A DNA stretch of 64,000 nucleotides from Polyangiales bacterium. GTDB taxonomy: Bacteria > Myxococcota_A > Polyangia > Polyangiales > Polyangiaceae. The position numbers and the translations under genes are program-made. Shown here piece after piece: positions 1 to 8,945 of the stretch. Position 1 is the first letter of the stretch. Each line of letters begins with the position of its first letter. The stretch is taken from NCBI GenBank assembly GCA_038231275.1, contig JBBRLQ010000003.1, positions 300,340-364,339 of the forward strand, read 5' to 3'. Under the pieces are notes generated by a model. That model was given only the letters and a program-made list of their open reading frames with translations, did not search any database and was not told where the DNA came from.

Positions 1-650
1 GTCGCGCGCAGCGGCGCTTCTTCCGTCGCCGCGCGCAAATCACCCTCCGCGAGCGCCACCAGCGCGTCGTACGCGAACGGTTCCATGTACGGCTTGAAGA
101 GGTGCATCACCATCCCGGCGGTGCGGAGGATCTCCTCTTGTGTCGTCCCGCGCCCGGCGAGCTCCGAGTACGGAAGACCGAAGAGGCCGATGATCCACGA
201 GCTCTCCAGGAGCGTCATCAAGTCGTCGGGTCCGAGGTTCTTCAAGATGCCGAGCGCGAGGAGCGGAAGGAGCGTGTCCTCGAGCTGCTCGATCCGGATC
301 CTATGAATTTTCCGGTACCGCCGCCGAAGCGTCGCGTCGCTGCGCAGGAGCGCCGGCAGCTCGCGCGCGAAGAAGAGGTACTTCGCGTAGAGACCGAGGT
401 TGCCGGTCAGCATGCGGTGGATGGCGCTCACGCCGGCGTCGGGGTCGAACGTCCACACTTGGTCCGCCTCGACGTTCATGCGATCGAACGCGGCGCGGAT
501 GATCTCTTCCTTGTTCTTGAAGTGGTAGTAGAGGTTCCCCGGGCTCATCTCCAGGTGCGCCGCGATGTGGTTGGTCGTCACCTGCGCGACGCCGGACCGG
601 TTGAAGAGCTCCACGGCGGCGTCGATGATCCGGTCTTTGGTGCCTCGCAC
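1..650 (-). CDS. TetR/AcrR-family transcriptional regulator (C-terminus runs off window start)
   Basis: Reverse-strand translation reads VRGTKDRIIDAAVELFNRSGVAQVTTNHIAAHLEMSPGNLYYHFKNKEEII..., a canonical TetR N-terminal HTH. GTG start near 648-650. The frame has no stop inside the window, so it is absent from the ORF track. Plus ORF 102..728 is its antisense artefact. Confidence 0.75.
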   Translation of the reverse strand, partial: MRGTKDRIIDAAVELFNRSGVAQVTTNHIAAHLEMSPGNLYYHFKNKEEIIRAAFDRMNVEADQVWTFDPDAGVSAIHRMLTGNLGLYAKYLFFARELPALLRSDATLRRRYRKIHRIRIEQLEDTLLPLLALGILKNLGPDDLMTLLESSWIIGLFGLPYSELAGRGTTQEEILRTAGMVMHLFKPYMEPFAYDALVALAEGDLRAATEEAPLRA

Positions 651-689
651 CCGTCTAGAGTAAATGCTCGAACGCCGGTCCGCCAGGCC

Positions 690-905
690 TCACGGGAAGA
701 GATCGAGCGTCACATCGTCGAAGCGTAGCGTGTAGGGGCTCGCGGGACCGGTGACGAGCGCGCCCACGCGAATCGTCGGATCGATCGCCGGCGCCTTCGC
801 GATCCCCGTGCGCAGCGCGATCACGCCGCCGACGCGCACCGTCGCGAGCCCTGCCGCCGCGTCGACCTCGACCTCGATGCGCGTCCACGTGCCGGCGGGA
901 GGCAC
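690..905 (-). pseudogene. 71-aa C-terminal fragment of the CDDFE-motif secreted protein family; possibly a frameshifted continuation of 953..1445
   Basis: W-x-I-E-V-E-V-D ... ATVRVGGV ... YTLRFDDVTLDL mirrors the C-terminal W-x-V-Q-W-Q-Y-D ... AKVWVDGTV ... VDVYLDDLAID of the 8946..9887 protein. It lies 48 nt downstream of 953..1445 in a different frame. Confidence 0.35.
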
Positions 906-952
906 GCGCGCGAGGGGATTGCGCCGCGTCGCGCCAGCGGCAGGCGTCTCGG

Positions 953-1445
953 TCAGCGTCGCGCCCGGGACACCGGATCATCGTCGAGCAAGTACAAGGT
1001 GAGGAGGTGATCGAGGGACAGATCGAGCGTCGCGATCGCGAGTGTGCCCTCGGGCTGCGGATCGTCGGCGTAGACGTCGAAGCCCAGGACGGCGCGCGAG
1101 GCAGTGCCGGTCACCGTCTTGCGCAAGAAAATGGAGCCGAGATCGCCGGGGCCGAGCCTCTTGGTCGTGACGGTGAGCGACGCCGGCGGCGAGACGAACG
1201 CGGCGAGATCGCGCGCCGCGAGGCCCGGTGGAGACTGCTGCACGAGGTCCCATGCCGCGCCGAGGGTCGCGGCCTCGAAGTCGTCGCAGAACGTCGCGCG
1301 CGGCGAGCGTTTCGCGCAAAAGCCCGATCCCGCGTCCCCGCCGTCGTCGGCACCGGCCTCCGGCGTCGCGCGCACGCGTGGCCCGGCGTCGCCGTCGTCC
1401 ACCGCGGCCACGTGCGTCGCGCTGCACCCGAGCGCGAAGATGCAC
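953..1445 (-). CDS. secreted lipoprotein, CDDFE-motif family (paralog of 8946..9887); possibly truncated or frameshifted
   Basis: C-terminal 164 aa of track ORF 953..2095. MRLAVTCIFALGCSATH lipobox signal; FCDDFEAATLGAAWDL matches FCDDFEGYTGAITNAMAVGPW of the paralog. The N-terminal part of the track ORF is an antisense artefact overlapping the acylase. Confidence 0.55.
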
Positions 1446-1461
1446 GTGACCGCGAGGCGCA

Positions 1462-4377
1462 TCAGGGACTGGTCCAGAGCAGGTGGTCCTCGGCCTCCGC
1501 GATCACGTCGGCGCGCGCGAAGGGCATCGGTCGGTTCTGATTCTTCCGCCACCGTTCGGCTTCGTCGCGCATGTGCTTGCTGGTGGTGTACCAGACCTCG
1601 CCGCCCGGGAGCACGTTGCGCGCGACCGGCCCGGTGGGCGTCATGTCGACGACGAGGCGCTGGCTCGGCCCCCCGGTGTAATGGAACTGCGTCGCCGCCA
1701 GCGTGCGCGCGAAGGCTACGTTCGCGACGTCGATGTTGTAGCCGTCGCCGTGACGCGGAAACCCGTCCGGGAAGATCGGATCGCTCGGCGGCGGGATCGA
1801 CAGCGTCGGCCACAGCGGGATGATCGAGTCGAAGCGCACGCGGTGGAGCTTGCCCCAGCGCCAGCCGTTGGTGTCGCTCCCCAAACGCTTGGCGAGCTCG
1901 TCCAGCGTGTCGAGGAGCGCGAGGATGGCCCGTTGATCCCGCGTCTCCGTGACGGCCGCGGTCGCCAGGTCGTCGAACAAGATGCTGTCCTTGAGCGTCG
2001 CGTCGTACGTCTTCAGCGTCGTCGGATCGGGAAGCATCACGTTCGCGAGCGCCACCGACATCTCGAACGCGCGGATGTTGCCCATCGCGGTCCACTCGTC
2101 ACCGAGCACCGCCCACACCATCGCGACCTTCCAGAGGTTGAAGATCGCGGTGGCCTTGCTCGCCGTCGCCTCCTTCGCGTCCGCGAGGAGACTGTCGTCG
2201 TCGAGCGAGACGCCGGCCGCTGCGTCGTAGTCGCTGTCGGTCTTCCACTTGCCGAGCGCGTCGGCGACCTCCGCGATCAGGGCCGGCGAGTAGCGTGCGC
2301 TCGTGACCAGCGCGGTCAAGTCGGGGTGGCTCCCCGGCGTCGTCTTCTCGGCCTGCGCGTGGGCGATCGCATCGAGCAGCTTCGGCGCGAGGAGGCGCCC
2401 GAACGGCGACTTCGCGTCGGCCTGGAACGCGGCCATGTCGTCCATCGTGATCGGGTGGCCTACCGTCTCGATCCGCTCGTGCACGCGCCCAACCCGGAAC
2501 CCCGTGTCCATGAAGCAGCCGGTGTAGATCGGATCGCCGTTCGGGAGCTTGTCGTTCGACGGATCGTTGTCGAGCAGGCCCCCGTACGGATCGCCGTTCG
2601 CGGTGCCGACGTAGTGCTTCGGCGGGTTCTTCACGTGCGGCACGTTCGCCTCGTCCATGAATTTCCCGGTCCACTCGGCGGTGCCGTCGCCGGGGAGGAT
2701 CATGCACGGCAAGGTCCCCGAGTAGGTCGCGGGATTCCACGTGTACGCGGCCTTGTCGCGCAGCGGGATCTGCGACTGCGACGTATAGAAGATGTCTCCG
2801 TGGGTGTCGGCGACGACCCAGTTGAACGGCGCCACCGAGAATTTACGGAAGCCGCTCCGTGCGTCCTCGACGTTCTTGGCTTGGATCACCTTGACGATCG
2901 CGTCCACTTCGGTCGTCGGCCGATCGCCGGTCCATCGCACGCTGAGCGAGCTCGGGAGCGGCGGGTGCACGGCGTGATCGGCGCCGATGTTCGGGATGAT
3001 GTACCCGTGGTGCGGGACGATGAGCACGTCCCACTCGTACGAGCCGCCGCCCGCGATGTTGATCTTCTCGTGCTGCTTGGTGAACGGCACCGGCTGCCCC
3101 TTGAAGACGACGCCGCTTCCGTCGGCGGTGAGCGTCTCCTGGTAGACGTCGGTCACGTCGTAGTTCGCGTCGGTGGCGGCCCACGCGATCGAGTCGTTGA
3201 TGCCGATGACCGCGGCGAACACGCCGGGGAAGCTGACGCCTTCGAAGTTGAGCGGCTGCTTGGGATCGCTCACGTTGATGTGGACCATCCACCACGTCGA
3301 CGGCGCGCTCAGCGAAAGGTGCGGATCGCTGGCGAGCATCGCGTGGCCGGTCGCGGTGAGGCTGGGCCCGACGACCCAGTTGTTCGAGCCGACGTCGGGG
3401 CGATCGCCCACGACATGGCCCGCCGCTTCGAGCGCGGCGTTGAACGCTTCGGTGGCCGCGAGCGTCGCCGCGGGAATGCGCGGCGCTTGCACGGCAGACG
3501 TCGGCGAGGGCGCCGGCTTGCGACTTCGAGCGACGGGCATCTTGGCGAGACCGGTGTCGTTCGGGAGGCCATCCATCGCCGTCGCCGGATCGAGCGGCGC
3601 GAACCGGAACAGATCGACGGGGAGGCCCGCGCGCTTGGCGAGGTTTGGATCGACGGCGCCGGGCGCGAAGGTCGTCTTCACCGCCTGCACCAACTTGGTG
3701 AAACTGATCTCGCTGCCCGAGCCGGTGCTCTGCTGGAGGACGAGGAGTCGCTCGACCGCGAGGACGTCGGCGCCGGTCCACGGCTCGAAGATCTGCTTGC
3801 GGATGCCGAACATCTCGTCGGGGTAGTGCTCTTGGCCGGCGACGACGCGCGCGTTCCACTGGCTGACGCCGTCCGCGTACGCGTCGACCCACGCCTTCAC
3901 GTCGGGCGCGAGCGCGTCGTACATCTGCTTGGCGACGCGCGGCAGGCCGATCGATCGGATCGTGATGTCCTGATCGATGAGCGACGGCGACTGATCGCCG
4001 AGGATCTCTGCGATGCGTCCGGTCGCGATGCGGCGCAAGAACTCGACCTGGAACGTGCGATCGAGCGCGACCTGGTAGCCCTGCACGCGGAACGCGTCCT
4101 CGGCGGTCGTGGCGTAGATGTGGACGACCCCGTACTTGTCGCGCAGAACGTCGACGGCGCCCTTGAGGCCGGTGATGTGCTGTTGGCCGGTCACGGCGGG
4201 AAAGGGAAGGTCGCCGGGCCCCGCGTCGCCTCCATCCGCCGCAGGGCCGGGAACGGTCACGTCGAAGGCGGTCGCGCCCCCGTCCTTTGGCGCGATCGTG
4301 ACGTCGTCCCCACCGCAGGATGCTGCTGAGATTACTAAAAATAACGCGGAAACGGCGAAGGCTGACGTGCGACTCAT
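1462..4377 (-). CDS. penicillin amidase / Ntn-hydrolase family acylase (S45), lipoprotein-type signal
   Basis: 971-aa ORF. N-terminus MSRTSAFAVSALFLVISAASCGG. Internal SDPHLSLSAPSTWWMVHINVS (Ntn-hydrolase nucleophile region) and long similarity to the PGA/AHL-acylase architecture. Confidence 0.8.
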   Translation of the reverse strand: MSRTSAFAVSALFLVISAASCGGDDVTIAPKDGGATAFDVTVPGPAADGGDAGPGDLPFPAVTGQQHITGLKGAVDVLRDKYGVVHIYATTAEDAFRVQGYQVALDRTFQVEFLRRIATGRIAEILGDQSPSLIDQDITIRSIGLPRVAKQMYDALAPDVKAWVDAYADGVSQWNARVVAGQEHYPDEMFGIRKQIFEPWTGADVLAVERLLVLQQSTGSGSEISFTKLVQAVKTTFAPGAVDPNLAKRAGLPVDLFRFAPLDPATAMDGLPNDTGLAKMPVARSRKPAPSPTSAVQAPRIPAATLAATEAFNAALEAAGHVVGDRPDVGSNNWVVGPSLTATGHAMLASDPHLSLSAPSTWWMVHINVSDPKQPLNFEGVSFPGVFAAVIGINDSIAWAATDANYDVTDVYQETLTADGSGVVFKGQPVPFTKQHEKINIAGGGSYEWDVLIVPHHGYIIPNIGADHAVHPPLPSSLSVRWTGDRPTTEVDAIVKVIQAKNVEDARSGFRKFSVAPFNWVVADTHGDIFYTSQSQIPLRDKAAYTWNPATYSGTLPCMILPGDGTAEWTGKFMDEANVPHVKNPPKHYVGTANGDPYGGLLDNDPSNDKLPNGDPIYTGCFMDTGFRVGRVHERIETVGHPITMDDMAAFQADAKSPFGRLLAPKLLDAIAHAQAEKTTPGSHPDLTALVTSARYSPALIAEVADALGKWKTDSDYDAAAGVSLDDDSLLADAKEATASKATAIFNLWKVAMVWAVLGDEWTAMGNIRAFEMSVALANVMLPDPTTLKTYDATLKDSILFDDLATAAVTETRDQRAILALLDTLDELAKRLGSDTNGWRWGKLHRVRFDSIIPLWPTLSIPPPSDPIFPDGFPRHGDGYNIDVANVAFARTLAATQFHYTGGPSQRLVVDMTPTGPVARNVLPGGEVWYTTSKHMRDEAERWRKNQNRPMPFARADVIAEAEDHLLWTSP

Positions 4378-4441
4378 TTACAATGAATACCGCGCGTCGT
4401 CGGCGCGGCACGTCTCATCTTCGGAGCACCGGGGAGCCGCG

Positions 4442-6601
4442 TCACCCCCGCGCGAGCAGGCCCTCCAGCCGCCCGACCGCCGCGGGAACGTCCGGCGTCG
4501 CCGTCAGCATCGGCGCCATCGGATCTCCCTCCGCGCGAAACCGCTCCGGCACCGAGCGGATCGTGAAGCGCGAGGGATCGAGCGACGGCGTGACCTCGTC
4601 CCACTGGAGCGGCGTCGACACCGTCGCTCCCGGGTACGCACGCACCGAGTACGGCGCCACGATCGTGCGCGCAGGGCCGGTCTGACCCGTGTCGACGTAC
4701 ACTTTGTCGCCGCGCTTCTTCACCACGCGCTCCATCGTCGCGGTCTCGGGGTGCTCCTGCACGAGGAGCCGCCCGAGCAAATCCGCGAGCGCGCGCGCCG
4801 TCGGGAACCCCGCGCCCTCACCGAGCGGCACCAGCACGTGCAGCCCCGACTGCCCCGACGTCTTCGGGTATCCGACGAGCCCGATCGCGTCGAGCAGCCG
4901 CCGCAAGGTCAGCGCTTGCGCGATCGCGTTCTCGAGCTTCGCGAGCTTGAGATCGAAATCGATCGTCAAAAAATCGCAGGCGTCGAGGCTCGACCGCTTG
5001 CACGCGAGCACGTGGATCGGAATGCACGCGAGGTTGGCGATGTAGAGGAGGCTCGGAAGATCGTCGACGATGAAGACGCGCTTCTCGCCGCGCTCGCTCT
5101 CCTCGTCGCGCAGCGCGAACGAGCCGACCCACCGCGGCATGCCGGGCGGAACGTTCCACTGGTAGAAATTCTTGCCGTGGATGCCGTCGGGGTAGCGCAC
5201 GACCGCGATGGGCCGCTCCTCCAGGTACGGCAAGATCGCGGGCGCGATCGCTTCGTAATAATCGACGAGATCGCCCTTCGTGTAGCCCTCGTCCTTCCAG
5301 AAGATCTTGTTTCGGTTGGTGACGGGCACGCGCTTGGGCGGGATCGGCGCGGCGGCGTCGGCGTTCTCGACGCCCTTGGTCTCGGTCACGACGAGGAACG
5401 ACGGCGGCGCGTCGTACGGTGCGTCACGGCGGCGCGACAAAATGCCGGGGAGGCCGTGTTCCTTGCAGAATGCAATCAATGGCGCGGCGTCGCCGTCGAA
5501 CGTGTCGGTCGCGCGGAGGACGCCGCGCGCGGGCAGGAGCTTCGTGAGGAGGGCGCGCCGCTTCTCGAGCGGCAAGGGGCGTAGATCGCGCGTGCCGATC
5601 GCGAGGATGTCGCGGACGAGGAACGTGACCGGCGCGTCGAGCACCGCGCCGTGAACGTCGCCGGTGGCTGCGCGCGCGATTCGTTGCGCCAGCCGCGCTG
5701 GGTTGGGCCGCCCGGTCTCGTCGAACGCGACGATCTCGCCGTCGATGACCGCGCCGGTCGGAGGCAGCGCAGTCATCGCGCGCGCGACCTCCGGGTAGAG
5801 CTCGCGCACGTCGCGACCTCCGCGCGCGACGATCGCGTCGTCGTCGATCTTGGCGGCGAGCACCCGCACACCTCCCAGAACGATCTCGTGATCGAAGCCG
5901 GGCCCCGCCGGCGCAGACGTCGCGCGCGCCTCGCCGATCGGAGTGACGGCGAGCGCGTCGACCGTCCCTTCCTTGCCCCCCGCCTTCGCGCCCTCCTCTT
6001 CGAGCTTCGCGCCGCGCTCGGTCGCGCCCGCGAGCTCGTCGATCGTGAGACCGCTGAGCACGCTGCGCGGCAGCTCGGTCACGACGTCGCGCGCCGGATC
6101 CGAGAACGCGTCCTTCTTCTTGAGGAGGAGCCACTCTTTCGGCCCAGCGCCTTTGGTCTGCTTCTTCAGCAGCACGAGCGCGTAGCGTCCGCCGAGCTTG
6201 TAGCCGGTGAGCCAGAAATCCAGCTTCCCCGCGCGGATCCCCTCCTCGGCCGGCGCCTCCAGGTAGTCGACGCGTCCGCGATCCCACACGATCATCGGGC
6301 CGGCGCCGTATTGCCCGTCGGGGATCACGTCCTCGAAGTCGAGGTACTCGAGCGGGTGATCCTCGGTGTGCACGGCGAGGTGCTTGTCCTCGGGCCGGAG
6401 GCTCGGGCCGCGCGGCACCGCGAAGCTCGCGAGCACGTGCCCGATCTCGAGCCGCAGATCGTAGTGCGTCCGCGTCGCGTCATGGAGGTGCACCACGAAG
6501 GCGCCGCGCTTGGTCGGGCCCGCCTCCTCGGGAGGCTCTCCGCCGAAGGGCTCGTTCGTCGCCTCGGCGGAGCGCTTCTTGCGATATTCGCGGAGCTTCA
6601 C
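4442..6601 (-). CDS. ligD: multidomain ATP-dependent DNA ligase LigD (phosphoesterase, ligase and polymerase/primase domains)
   Basis: VKLREYRKKRSAEATNEPFGG...FVVHLHDATRTHYDLRLE is the 3'-phosphoesterase motif. It is followed by a ligase core (AVIDGEIVAFDE) and a C-terminal LigD polymerase domain. GTG start overlaps the MFS stop (GTGA). Upstream track-ORF codons (to 8077) are Arg-rich junk overlapping real genes. Confidence 0.85.
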   Translation of the reverse strand: MKLREYRKKRSAEATNEPFGGEPPEEAGPTKRGAFVVHLHDATRTHYDLRLEIGHVLASFAVPRGPSLRPEDKHLAVHTEDHPLEYLDFEDVIPDGQYGAGPMIVWDRGRVDYLEAPAEEGIRAGKLDFWLTGYKLGGRYALVLLKKQTKGAGPKEWLLLKKKDAFSDPARDVVTELPRSVLSGLTIDELAGATERGAKLEEEGAKAGGKEGTVDALAVTPIGEARATSAPAGPGFDHEIVLGGVRVLAAKIDDDAIVARGGRDVRELYPEVARAMTALPPTGAVIDGEIVAFDETGRPNPARLAQRIARAATGDVHGAVLDAPVTFLVRDILAIGTRDLRPLPLEKRRALLTKLLPARGVLRATDTFDGDAAPLIAFCKEHGLPGILSRRRDAPYDAPPSFLVVTETKGVENADAAAPIPPKRVPVTNRNKIFWKDEGYTKGDLVDYYEAIAPAILPYLEERPIAVVRYPDGIHGKNFYQWNVPPGMPRWVGSFALRDEESERGEKRVFIVDDLPSLLYIANLACIPIHVLACKRSSLDACDFLTIDFDLKLAKLENAIAQALTLRRLLDAIGLVGYPKTSGQSGLHVLVPLGEGAGFPTARALADLLGRLLVQEHPETATMERVVKKRGDKVYVDTGQTGPARTIVAPYSVRAYPGATVSTPLQWDEVTPSLDPSRFTIRSVPERFRAEGDPMAPMLTATPDVPAAVGRLEGLLARG

Positions 6602-7929
6602 GCGAGCGCCGGCGCCTCCACCTTCTTGGGTTGCATCATCCCCACGAGGAGCCATTTGCGCGCGAGGATGAGGCCGATCGGGCTCGTGACGGCGATGACG
6701 GTGTACATCGCCCACATGAGCGCCGTGTTGCGCGGCCCTTCCGCCGGACACAGGCGCTCGAGGACGTAGCCGGAGTAGAACCCGGTCGTCGCCTTTGCCA
6801 AGAACCACGGCAACGTCGCGACGCCCATGAACTGCGCGGCGCGTCCGGCCGGCGCGAGATCGGCGGCGTACTCGTAGAAGCGCGACGACCATAGCGCCTC
6901 GCCGATCGAGAAGACGAAGAAGTAGACGATGAGGAGCGACGCGTGCTCGCCGAAGCAGAGCAGGATGGGGGCGACCGCGCTCACGGCGGTGCCGAGGATC
7001 ATCATCGTGAGGACGTGCCGGTGCTTGGTGAGCGCCGCGAAGATCGGGACGCCGAAGAAGATGATGATCGGGTTCGCCGAGTCGACGAGCCACTCCATGT
7101 GATCGGCGACGTCCTTCGAGTAGGCGCGAAGCATGTACTCCGGCATCGTCAGCCACTGGTGCGCGAAGAGGGTGCGCACCGGCAAGAGCATGAAGATGAA
7201 GAACATGAAACGGGGGTCGCGGAAGGGGGATTTTCCCTCTTCTTTGACGGCGCCGGTGCCTTTGGTCGCGCCGTCGCCTCCCGCCTTCGCGGCGGTCTCG
7301 CGGGGCATCAGGACGAAGACGACGAGCACGGTCGCCGCGGTGACTCCCCAGCACACCCAGTTGACGGCGTTGAAGCCGGAGAGCGCCGACGTCCCGGCAG
7401 CGTGGCGCAAATCGAAGAGCGTGCGCACCTTCGCCGAGACGGGGCCGATGAAGGTGATGCCGAGGTTCGAGATGGCGTAGAGCATCGCGTACCCCATCGA
7501 GCTGTTCTCGGGGGTCGTGAAGCGCTTGATGCCGGCGTACGAGATCGGCACGAGCACGCCGTCGCCGAGTCCGACGATGAGGAGCGATGCCGCCACCGCG
7601 ATCGCGCCGCCCGCGAAGGGCGCCCCTCCGTACACCGCGCGGCCGATCATCGAGATCGCGAGCGCGATGAGGAGGCCGTTGCGAATGCCGAGCTTCTGCT
7701 CCAGCGACTTGCCGACGAAGACCGCCGACAGCGAGATGAGCCCCGTGAAGAGCGACACCCACGTGCTCGCGTGCTCGGGGCGGATGCCGATGTCCTGCGC
7801 CAGGAACGGCTTCATCAGCGGGAGGATCCCGAAGTACGCCGTCGTGTCGAGTGTGTAGGCGAGGATGACGATCCACAGCGCGCGCGGCGCGTGGCGGAGG
7901 GCCTTGAAGGCCCCGAGGAACTCCTTCAC
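6598..7929 (-). CDS. MFS transporter
   Basis: About 444 aa, 12-TM-like hydrophobic profile. GTG start overlaps the SDR stop (GTGA). Ends MMQPKKVEAPALA. Confidence 0.75.
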   Translation of the reverse strand: MKEFLGAFKALRHAPRALWIVILAYTLDTTAYFGILPLMKPFLAQDIGIRPEHASTWVSLFTGLISLSAVFVGKSLEQKLGIRNGLLIALAISMIGRAVYGGAPFAGGAIAVAASLLIVGLGDGVLVPISYAGIKRFTTPENSSMGYAMLYAISNLGITFIGPVSAKVRTLFDLRHAAGTSALSGFNAVNWVCWGVTAATVLVVFVLMPRETAAKAGGDGATKGTGAVKEEGKSPFRDPRFMFFIFMLLPVRTLFAHQWLTMPEYMLRAYSKDVADHMEWLVDSANPIIIFFGVPIFAALTKHRHVLTMMILGTAVSAVAPILLCFGEHASLLIVYFFVFSIGEALWSSRFYEYAADLAPAGRAAQFMGVATLPWFLAKATTGFYSGYVLERLCPAEGPRNTALMWAMYTVIAVTSPIGLILARKWLLVGMMQPKKVEAPALA

Positions 7930-8777
7930 GCGCGCCCCTTCTTCGCCATGTACGCGCGCTTCGCCTTCGCGCCCTTGCGCTCGAGGAGCGGACGGATGCC
8001 GGTCGCCAGGCGCGGGAACACGTACGCCGCCGTCGCCAAACGCCCGCTCGCCGCAGGCACTGCGATCTCGGGCGCACGCGTTCGGATGCACGTGAGCACG
8101 GCGTCGGCGATCTCGTCCGCGGTGCTCATCGGCTGCGAGAAGACGAGCGGCGGCACGTCCTCGACGTCGCCGAAAAACCCGGTGTCGACGGGTCCCGGCG
8201 AGACGCAGCCGGAATGGATACCGGCGGCGGCGAGCTCCTCCAAGATCGCGCGCGCGAAGGCGCGGATGCCGGCCTTCGACGCGCTGTAGGTGGCCTCGCC
8301 GGGGACGGGCACCATTCCCGCCAAGCTCGCGACCTGCACGACGGCGCCGCCCGGGCGCAGGTGATCGAGCGCGGCGCGCGTGAGGAAGATCGGCGCGGTC
8401 AGGTTGGTGGTGACGACGTCGGCGAGCGCTTCGGGCGTGTGGCGCGTGAGCGCGCCGCGGTGGTTCAGTCCCGCGTTGTTCACGAGGATGTCGAGCCCGC
8501 CGAAGCGCTCCGCGACGAGGCCGGGCAAGCGCGCGAGGCTCGCGAAGTCCTTCACGTCGCACGGGAACGCCGCGGCGCTCCCTTCGCGCTTCGCCGAGAG
8601 CTCGCGCGCGATCCGCTCCAGCGTGTCGCGCGTGCGGGCGACGAGTGCCACCTTCGCTCCTTCGGCGACGAGCTTTCGCGCGACGCTCAACCCGATTCCG
8701 CTCGAAGCCCCGGTGACGATCGCGACCTTGCCGTCGAACATGGCAAGCGGAATACCCCGGAACCGGCCCGAAGCCAA
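7926..8777 (-). CDS. short-chain dehydrogenase/reductase (SDR)
   Basis: KVAIVTGASSGIGLSVARKL Rossmann motif, NNAG, and YSASKAG catalytic Tyr-x3-Lys. Confidence 0.85.
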   Translation of the reverse strand: MASGRFRGIPLAMFDGKVAIVTGASSGIGLSVARKLVAEGAKVALVARTRDTLERIARELSAKREGSAAAFPCDVKDFASLARLPGLVAERFGGLDILVNNAGLNHRGALTRHTPEALADVVTTNLTAPIFLTRAALDHLRPGGAVVQVASLAGMVPVPGEATYSASKAGIRAFARAILEELAAAGIHSGCVSPGPVDTGFFGDVEDVPPLVFSQPMSTADEIADAVLTCIRTRAPEIAVPAASGRLATAAYVFPRLATGIRPLLERKGAKAKRAYMAKKGRA

Positions 8778-8945
8778 AGGCCCCGGTCACGGAACACGTG
8801 GAAAGTGCATCGATCGATCACACGTGCGAGATCAAACCGATCAAGCGGCGCCGATCCAGGGGCGGCCGCGCGCGCAACGGGCTGAGAATTTGGCGGGATC
8901 CGCGGCGATCCATCGGTCGGCCCGGCTTCTGCAGCCTGACTTCCC

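Noticed and set aside
102-728. 208-aa plus-strand ORF
   Set aside because: Antisense of the TetR gene. Arg/Glu/Val-rich, frame-3 GC artefact.
6602-8077. N-terminal 490 codons of track ORF 4442..8077
   Set aside because: Arg/His/Gly-rich and overlaps the well-supported MFS and SDR genes. The true LigD start is the GTG at about 6601.
8778-8945. GATC-rich near-palindrome around CACGTG in the SDR/lipoprotein divergent region as an operator
   Set aside because: The symmetry is poor (fewer than 60% matching arms); it cannot be distinguished from chance.
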